Below, piece after piece: positions 32,757 to 38,287 of a DNA stretch of 38,287 bases. Both the position numbers and the translations under genes were made by a program. This stretch comes from Pseudomonadota bacterium (lineage in GTDB: Bacteria > Pseudomonadota > Alphaproteobacteria > JAAXGF01): positions 1 through 38,287 of the forward strand of contig JADFMW010000002.1 in the NCBI GenBank assembly GCA_022563655.1, given 5' to 3'. The notes under the pieces were generated by a model, which worked only from the letters and a program-made list of their open reading frames with translations, did not search any database and was not told the origin of the DNA. Within the stretch, counting starts at the first letter, position 1; each line of letters opens with the position of its first letter.

Positions 32757-33002
32757 TTAGTACCTTTCCAGCTCGGCGAAATCGCGATAATTGCGTAACG
32801 GCGTGCGGACGTACACGGTGTACCTGCCCGTCGGATCCTGGTAGGCCGACGTGCTCGTGCTCGCCAAGTACAGCGGCCCGCGACCGATATCGATCGCCGC
32901 ATCCGTACGGGCGCTCGCGTGAGGATCAAGCGCGAGGAACCCGACTCCGATCATCCAACCGCTGAGCAGGAACGCGATGATAACGACAGTTTGACGTAAC
33001 AT
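32757..33002 (-). CDS. Small membrane-anchored/secreted protein (81 aa), unknown function
   Basis: Strong SD (AAGGAGGAAG) ahead of the ATG and a hydrophobic N-terminus (VVIIAFLLSGWMIGVGFLAL). I recognise no family. Confidence 0.55.
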   Translation of the reverse strand: MLRQTVVIIAFLLSGWMIGVGFLALDPHASARTDAAIDIGRGPLYLASTSTSAYQDPTGRYTVYVRTPLRNYRDFAELERY

Positions 33003-33267
33003 TGCTCTTCCTCCTTCTGCGCGGCCCGGCGACCACCCTTGCGGTGTCGTCGTCGCGTCTTGTTAGGAAATATGCGCCGAGATTGCACTTCTGCAAGTGA
33101 CGGCAATCACAGAAAGAACATAATACTCGGCGATATTTGTGATGGCCGTCACATCTTAGCGGTTTTTACGCCGAAATAGCGCTGAACGCGGCCGCCACGA
33201 CGCGCGGCCAAGGGCGGGCACGAGTCCTACAAACTCGCACCGACCCGACAAACCGGTATCGATCGGC

Positions 33268-33972
33268 TCAGGTCAGCAAGTCCGCGAGTTCGGCCATATC
33301 CGAAACCACGACGTCGGGTTCGTGTCGCGTCCGGCCGAACGGGCGGTCCCGCCTATTGATGAACGCCGCGCGCATGCCGAACGCCTTGGCGCCGATACAA
33401 TCGAAGGCGTGACTGGCAACATGCATGATCTCGAGGCGATCCACCCCCAGCGTCCTTGCCGCGTTCTCGTAAGTCTTGTGGTGGGGCTTGAAATAGCCGG
33501 CATCCTGAACGGAGATGGTGTGGTCGAACTTGAAGCCGATATGCGGCTCGGCCGCCTCCAGCATGTCGCGATCGCCGTTCGAAAGGATCGCCAGTCTGTA
33601 GTCGGCCGCCAAGCGTTCGAGCGCCGGCACGACTTCCGGAAAGGGCTTTAGGCGCTCGATTTCGGACACCAGCCGTTCGACCTCTTCGCTGGTATGGGGG
33701 ACGCCGGCGCGTTCAAGGGTATAGCTCACGGCGCGATGGCCGATCTCTCGATAAGGCGTATGCCCGCGGTCGCACAGCGCATCGATCATCGAATTCTCGA
33801 AATGCGTCCGCCGCCACCAGGTCACGAATCTATTCGGGTCGCCATCCCATCCCTTGCTTTTGAGCAGGGGCGCGGCGGCCTCGCGAAGACCCGCCTGCAT
33901 GTCGACGATGGTTCCATACAGATCGAAGGTAAGGACCTTGATCTCGCGCTTTAGAAGCCCGATGTCGGCCAT
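33268..33972 (-). CDS. HAD-superfamily hydrolase, haloacid dehalogenase type II-like
   Basis: FDLYGTIVD (nucleophile motif DxYGT), AILSNGD, GYFKPHHKTYE, and MHVASHAFDCIGAKAFGMRAAFINR. ATG 33972 (GGAAGG upstream) is preferred over ATG 34023, which has no SD. Confidence 0.8.
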   Translation of the reverse strand: MADIGLLKREIKVLTFDLYGTIVDMQAGLREAAAPLLKSKGWDGDPNRFVTWWRRTHFENSMIDALCDRGHTPYREIGHRAVSYTLERAGVPHTSEEVERLVSEIERLKPFPEVVPALERLAADYRLAILSNGDRDMLEAAEPHIGFKFDHTISVQDAGYFKPHHKTYENAARTLGVDRLEIMHVASHAFDCIGAKAFGMRAAFINRRDRPFGRTRHEPDVVVSDMAELADLLT

Positions 33973-34193
33973 CGTTAGGCGCCTTCCTGTCTTCCGGGTC
34001 TCGCGAGCGATGTCGGCTTCCATGGCGGCGGCGACCCGCGCGTCCGAGCGGCTGGGGCCGGCTGGAATGCCTAGCCGAGTCGGACGGTGTCATCACCGGC
34101 AATGATACCATGGAGCGTCGGCTGTCCGCCTCCGCCCTCGCGGCCGTCGATGCGTGCGCCGGACCTGCCAGCTAGCCACGGCCCGTCAAGCCG

Positions 34194-34958
34194 TCAGAAC
34201 GGGTAGATGATGTCGAAGATTTCCTGGCCGTAACGCGGCTGCTGTACGTCGCTCAGGGTGCCGCGGCCACCATAGATGATGCGCGCCTCGGCGATCTGGT
34301 CGTGGCGCACGGTGTTGTCGGAGTCGATGTCTTCGCGGCGCACGACGCCGATGACGGAAAGCTCGCGCACCTCGAAGTTGACGCGCACCTGCTGCGTGCC
34401 GTGGATTACCAGGTTGCCGTTGGGCAGCACCTGCGTGACGACCGCGGCGATGCGCAGGTTGATCTCCTCCTTTCGCCCGATCTGGCCGGCGCCGCTGCTC
34501 TTCGAGTCGCTGCCGAAGTCGATCAGATTGCTGGGAACGATCCCTTCGGGGAAGATCTTGCTGAGCTGTGTCTCGAACCCGAAGAAGCCGCCGAGCGAAG
34601 CGCCCTCGTCGTTGTCGCGCGTGCGCGACGTCGAGTTGTTGACGCTGGCGTCGTCGTCGATCTGGATCAGCACGGTGAGGATGTCGCCGATGCGGTGCGC
34701 GCGCTGATCCTTGAAGAAGGTGCGCGCGCCGGCGCGCCACAGCGAGTTGGCGTGGAACCTGGCTATCGCCGGCTGCGGCATCGGCAGGCTCACGGGACGG
34801 TAGCCGGATTTGAGCGTGGGGTTCTCGATGGGTTCTAGTTCCGGCGTGTTTCCCACCGCGGCGAGGCGGTCGACCATGGTGCAGCCGGCGAGAGTCAGCG
34901 CGCCGACGATCGCCAGCGCGAGGCAACGCAAACCCGCCGCGCTGGGCGAGGAGGTCAT
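34194..34958 (-). CDS. flgH: Flagellar L-ring lipoprotein FlgH
   Basis: Lipobox LTLAGC, plus SLWRAGARTFFKDQRAHRIGDILTVLI, LRIAAVVTQVLPNGNLVIHGTQQVRVNFEVRELSVIGVVRREDI and ARIIYGGRG. Its ATG overlaps the flgA stop (ATGA). Confidence 0.95.
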   Translation of the reverse strand: MTSSPSAAGLRCLALAIVGALTLAGCTMVDRLAAVGNTPELEPIENPTLKSGYRPVSLPMPQPAIARFHANSLWRAGARTFFKDQRAHRIGDILTVLIQIDDDASVNNSTSRTRDNDEGASLGGFFGFETQLSKIFPEGIVPSNLIDFGSDSKSSGAGQIGRKEEINLRIAAVVTQVLPNGNLVIHGTQQVRVNFEVRELSVIGVVRREDIDSDNTVRHDQIAEARIIYGGRGTLSDVQQPRYGQEIFDIIYPF

Positions 34959-36025
34959 CGCTGGTTCGCTCCCGCCACCCGGGCGTCGAGGCGCGGCGGA
35001 GCGCCAAGGCCGGCAACGGTCACCAGGGAGCTGCCCGACACCGTGGCTTCCACGACCACCTTGGTTTGGCTGTTGAGAACGCGGATCGTTTCGCCCATGG
35101 CCCCGTCCTCGAGCGCGCGCCCCGGCGCGGCGAGCACCATCGCCGGCGTGCGATAGGTCATGGTGACGCTGCTGCCTTTCGCCACCACGATGGGGATGCG
35201 CACGTCGCCGGCGCGGATCGGCTCACCCGGCCTGAGCGTGCGCCGCGGCGTGCGGCCGATGAGATCGGCGGGGTCGGTGATGACCGTCGCAGGCAGCCGG
35301 TCGGCGCGCACCTCGATCCAATCGATGTCGTCCTCGCCGATGACCTCGCCCCGGCGCACGGACTGGAGCAGCACCGGCGCCTCGATGACCTCGAATGCGC
35401 GGCCGATTACCTTGGTGCGCAACGTACGCGAGGAGCCGCCCGAGGCCACGAGCGTGACGCTGAAGCGGCCGTTGCGGGGGTCGTATGCGAGGTTCTCGAC
35501 GTCGAGCGCGGCGGCGTCCATATCGGTCGGCAAGTGAAACTCCTGCACGCGATTTGACAGCTCGACGCGCAGGTTCTTGCCCGGCACTATGTCGGCCAGC
35601 GCTAGAAGCAGGCGGTCCTCGATGTCGGCGGGGGCGATGCGCCGGCTGGCGCGCTGCACGATGACACGGTCGAGGCCGTGAAGTGGCCGCCAATCAAGCC
35701 CGCTCGCCCGCGCGACCGCGTAAATCTGCGGCACGCCGATGATCATGCGCTGGCCGGGCTCGGGTGCCCGCGCGACCACGGCGTCGGCGGCGCTCGCGGC
35801 GCCGTCGAGCACGTCGCCGAGGGTGACCACGTTGGCGTCGACCACGACGCGGGCGCGCAACCGCAGCTCGGGCGCCCGCGCGGCCACGGCGTCGTCGAGC
35901 ACGTCGTCGAGGGTGACCACGTTGGCGTCGACCACGACGCGGGCGCGCAACCTCAGCTCGGCCGCCTGGGCGGCGGCGGCGGCGAGCAGCATGACGGCGG
36001 CGAGGCCGAGAAGGCGTGGGCTCAT
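34955..36025 (-). CDS. flgA: Flagellar P-ring assembly chaperone FlgA (with internal 30-aa tandem duplication)
   Basis: Signal peptide, then the C-terminal SAF/ChapFlgA pattern LRPGEPIRAGDVRIPIVVAKGSSVTMTYRTPAMVLAAPGRALEDGAMGETIRVLNSQTKVVVEATV. AGGGAGA precedes the ATG. Confidence 0.8.
   Translation of the reverse strand: MSPRLLGLAAVMLLAAAAAQAAELRLRARVVVDANVVTLDDVLDDAVAARAPELRLRARVVVDANVVTLGDVLDGAASAADAVVARAPEPGQRMIIGVPQIYAVARASGLDWRPLHGLDRVIVQRASRRIAPADIEDRLLLALADIVPGKNLRVELSNRVQEFHLPTDMDAAALDVENLAYDPRNGRFSVTLVASGGSSRTLRTKVIGRAFEVIEAPVLLQSVRRGEVIGEDDIDWIEVRADRLPATVITDPADLIGRTPRRTLRPGEPIRAGDVRIPIVVAKGSSVTMTYRTPAMVLAAPGRALEDGAMGETIRVLNSQTKVVVEATVSGSSLVTVAGLGAPPRLDARVAGANQR
35765..35962. repeat. 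In-frame tandem duplication inside flgA (69-bp cores at 35804-35872 and 35894-35962, period 90 bp, 2 mismatches)
   Basis: Read directly: gtcgagcacgtcg(c/t)cgagggtgaccacgttggcgtcgaccacgacgcgggcgcgcaacc(g/t)cagctcgg occurs twice. The flanking gcccgcgcgRccacggcgtc is also repeated. The protein shows ELRLRARVVVDANVVTL(D/G)DVLD twice. Confidence 0.9.
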
Positions 36026-36036
36026 GGCTTATCTCC

Positions 36037-36822
36037 CTAACGCAGCTGGCTCACCGCCGCCATCATCTCGTCGGCGGTGGTGATGACCTTTGAGTTCAAT
36101 TCGTAGGCGCGCTGCGCGTTGATCAAGCTCGTGATCTCCGACACCGCATTGACATTCGAGGTCTCGAGGAACCCTTGCTGGAGGGTGCCGTAGCCGGTCG
36201 AGCCGGGGCTGCCGGCGGTGGCCCCGCCCGAGGACGGCGTTTCAAGCAACAGGTTGCCGCCGATGGCCTCGAGGCCGGCATCGTTGGGGAACGTGACCAG
36301 CTCGAGTTGGCCCACGTTCTGCGGCTGCACCTGCCCGTCGAGCTTGACCTGCACCTCGCCGCTGGCGTTGATGCTGATGTCCTTGGCCTCGGCCGGGATG
36401 GTGATGCCCGGGCCGACGGTGAAGCCGTCGAGAGTGACGATCTGTCCTTGGGCGCTGATCTGGAATGTGCCGGCGCGGGTGTAGGCGTCGTCGCCGCTGG
36501 GCAACTCGATGCGGAAGAACCCCTTGCCCTGGATGGCGAGGTCAAGGCTGTTGCCGGTCGAGATCAGGTTCCCTTGCTCGGTGATGCGGTAGACCGCCGC
36601 CGTCTTGACGCCGACGCCGATCTGCACCCCGGATGGCAGGATCGTGCCGGCGTCGGACGACGTCGCGCCGATTTGCTTCAGGTTCTGGTACAGCAGATCC
36701 TGGAACTCGGGCCGCTGGCGCTTGAACCCGGTGGTGTTCATGTTGGCGATGTTGTTGGCGATGACGTCGACGTTGGTCTGTTGGGCCAACATTCCGGTCG
36801 ACGCGATACTTAGGGATTTCAC
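36037..36822 (-). CDS. flgG: Flagellar distal rod protein FlgG
   Basis: MKSLSIASTGMLAQQTNVDVIANNIANMNTTGFKRQR ... LETSNVNAVSEITSLINAQRAYELNSKVITTADEMM. 261 aa, GTG start with AAAGGAGGA upstream. Confidence 0.95.
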   Translation of the reverse strand: MKSLSIASTGMLAQQTNVDVIANNIANMNTTGFKRQRPEFQDLLYQNLKQIGATSSDAGTILPSGVQIGVGVKTAAVYRITEQGNLISTGNSLDLAIQGKGFFRIELPSGDDAYTRAGTFQISAQGQIVTLDGFTVGPGITIPAEAKDISINASGEVQVKLDGQVQPQNVGQLELVTFPNDAGLEAIGGNLLLETPSSGGATAGSPGSTGYGTLQQGFLETSNVNAVSEITSLINAQRAYELNSKVITTADEMMAAVSQLR

Positions 36823-36879
36823 CGCACGATCCTCCTTTGGTGATACCGGGCCGGGCCGGCGCTCGGTCGCCGCCCGTGT

Positions 36880-37605
36880 TCAGACGTTCTGGCTGACATT
36901 GGCAAGGCTGCTGATCGCCTGGTTCCTGAGTTCATCCTGGCGGTCGGCGAAGGTCTGCGCCGCCTGATAGGCGCGCAGGAGCGAGATCATCCGCGTCATC
37001 TCGACGATCGGTTGGACGTTCGAGCCCTCGAGGGAACCCTGGACGACCTTGGCGTCGGTGGCCGGCAACGGCGTGGCCTCGGTCGCGTAGAGGCCGGCGC
37101 CCTGCTTGACCAGGGTGCCGGGATCCTCGAAGAAAACGAGCCCGAGACGGCCGATCTCGCCGGTCTCCGACGTGACCGTGCCCTTGGAGTCGATCCTGAT
37201 CTCGGTGTCGCCCGGAATCGTCAGGATGGGGAATCCGTCGTCGCCGAGGACGAGGTGGCCGTCGCTGGTGACCAGGGCGCCGTCGGCGTCGAGTTCGAAA
37301 TGCCCGGCGCGCGTGAAGCGTATGCCGTCCGGCGTGTCGACCTGGAAAAAGGCGTCGCCACGAATCGCCACGTCGAGGGCATTGCCCGTCGCCGTGATCG
37401 GGCCTTCCGATAGATCGATCGCGACCGCGAAGTCCTTGACGAAGGCGAGTTCCTGGCCGTCGATCTCCTGCATATAGGTCTCGAACAACACCCGCTCTTC
37501 CTTGTAGGCGGTGGTGTTGACGTTGGCGATGTTATGGGCGATGACATCCATCTGGCGGCGCAGCGCCGTGTTCAGCGAGAGCACCAGCAGGACGGTGTTT
37601 TCCAT
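36880..37605 (-). CDS. flgF: Flagellar proximal rod protein FlgF
   Basis: From ATG 37605 (GAGGAAAG upstream): MENTVLLVLSLNTALRRQMDVIAHNIANVNTTAYK ... LEGSNVQPIVEMTRMISLLRAYQAAQ. 241 aa. The ORF-track start at 37746 lies upstream of the sigma54 promoter. Confidence 0.9.
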   Translation of the reverse strand: MENTVLLVLSLNTALRRQMDVIAHNIANVNTTAYKEERVLFETYMQEIDGQELAFVKDFAVAIDLSEGPITATGNALDVAIRGDAFFQVDTPDGIRFTRAGHFELDADGALVTSDGHLVLGDDGFPILTIPGDTEIRIDSKGTVTSETGEIGRLGLVFFEDPGTLVKQGAGLYATEATPLPATDAKVVQGSLEGSNVQPIVEMTRMISLLRAYQAAQTFADRQDELRNQAISSLANVSQNV

Positions 37606-37672
37606 GTCATCTTTCCTCGCCATTATGTCGTGCCGCTCGGGTGCTTGCGCACCGCGTGGCGTGACTCGTGCT

Positions 37673-37687
37673 GCACGCGTCGTGCCA
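37673..37687 (-). promoter_or_regulatory. Sigma54 (-24/-12) promoter of flgF-flgG-flgA-flgH
   Basis: The gene strand reads TTGGCACGACGCGTGCAG, i.e. TGGCAC-N5-GTGCA with exact GG-N10-GC spacing, about 68 nt upstream of ATG 37605. Confidence 0.6.
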
Positions 37688-37759
37688 ATGTGAAAATTCA
37701 GCCCTAGTAAGGACTTGCCCAAGAGCGGCGGGCCCATGGGCGGCACGTCGGTGGCACGG

Positions 37760-37774
37760 CGGCAGCCGTTGCCG
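37760..37774. promoter_or_regulatory. Dyad CGGCA-N5-TGCCG, candidate FlbD enhancer for the flgF operon
   Basis: CGGCAGCCGTTGCCG is a perfect dyad about 80-95 bp upstream of the promoter at 37673-37687, in the flgF/fliL divergent region. Confidence 0.45.
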
Positions 37775-37950
37775 GGCAGAAACTACCGGGGCGGCGGCGA
37801 CCCCCGCCCGAACCGGGGGGCAGCGGCAATCCGCCGGTTACGCTCGTTCATAACCTCTTGTTAACGCGCTGTTTGCTATAACGCTAGCCACCGCCGGCCG
37901 CGGCGCGGCGAGGGTCGCCTGCGCGCTTTGCACGTCAACGCGAGAATTCC

Positions 37951-38287
37951 ATGACCGACGTAACGGCAGACGAAAGCATCGAGGAGGGGATAGATCTACC
38001 GGACGATGAACCGGAATCGTCTACTCCGAGGTTTAGCCGCAAGACCATAATATTCGCTGCCGCTGGTGTCCTGGCCTTGCTTATCGTTATTGGCGCGGGC
38101 GTGTTCTTCGCCATGCCGCTTTTTACGGCGGAGCAATCCAATGCGCCAAGTTCCGACGTCGTATTCTACGACTTGCCCGAAATGGTCGTGAACCTTGCGT
38201 CGGCCTCGAACAAACGGACGTATCTGAAGATTCAGATCAGCCTCGAACTCGATCGAGCACAAGATGTCGAGGCGTTGCAAAAGCTTC
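37951..38287 (+). CDS. fliL: Flagellar basal-body-associated protein FliL (3' end outside window; not in the ORF track)
   Basis: My translation from ATG 37951: MTDVTADESIEEGIDLPDDEPESSTPRFSRKTIIFAAAGVLALLIVIGAGVFFAMPLFTAEQSNAPSSDVVFYDLPEMVVNLASASNKRTYLKIQISLELDRAQDVEALQKL. This shows an acidic N-terminus, a single TM helix, then the FliL signature (f.dLpe..VNL.....r.yLk......). It is divergent from flgF, as in Caulobacter fliLM. Confidence 0.8.
   Translation, partial: MTDVTADESIEEGIDLPDDEPESSTPRFSRKTIIFAAAGVLALLIVIGAGVFFAMPLFTAEQSNAPSSDVVFYDLPEMVVNLASASNKRTYLKIQISLELDRAQDVEALQKL

Noticed and set aside
37752-37766. Plus-strand TGGCAC-GGCGG-CAGC that could be a sigma54 promoter for fliL
   Set aside because: The -12 region lacks the TTGC context, and it would give a leader of about 185 nt. 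The sequence overlaps the CGGCA-N5-TGCCG dyad, which better explains its conservation-like appearance.

Overview
High-GC flagellar supercluster with Caulobacter-like (alphaproteobacterial) gene order; roughly 33 of 38 kb is flagellar. All calls come from reading conserved motifs in the supplied translations and the DNA; no searches were run. Content: fliI (partial)-fliJ (+); fliF-fliG-fliH-fliN-flbD-flhA-ORF334 (-); a SciP-like DUF1153 gene (-); the hook operon fliK-flgD-flgE (-); flagellin and fliD-fliS (-). A plus-strand block follows: frameshifted FlhB-C-like gene, ORF110, fliO, fliP and a TPR-sulfotransferase fusion, then pyruvate-kinase-like and APS-kinase gene fragments. Further right: flgI-rod-binding protein-FlbY/FlgN-like-flgK-flgL-fliW (-); fliX and dksA (+); a HAD-type dehalogenase; flgF-flgG-flgA-flgH (-); fliL (partial, +, missed by the ORF track). 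No rRNA, tRNA, CRISPR or transposase was seen. fliQ, fliR, full-length flhB, fliM, flgB/C, fliE, motAB and csrA are absent from the window. Regulatory reading: four GG-N10-GC sigma54 promoters (flagellin, fliK, flgI, flgF), each with GGCA-N5-TGCC dyads about 75-125 bp upstream (candidate FlbD enhancers). TTAA-N7-TTAA-type CtrA boxes sit 55-125 nt upstream of fliX, the fliOP block, the sciP-like gene and fliF. Most unusual: (1) the TPR-sulfotransferase translationally coupled to fliP, beside a Ser/Thr-rich flagellin, a candidate undescribed flagellar sulfation enzyme with a decayed PAPS-supply module next to it; (2) two 113/114-bp direct repeats carrying the enhancer dyads that bracket the 5.5-kb plus-strand block where fliW-csrA-flagellin would be expected; (3) a 996-aa FliD with a triplicated head-like module; (4) fliW without csrA; (5) recent in-frame duplications in flgA and the TPR gene.
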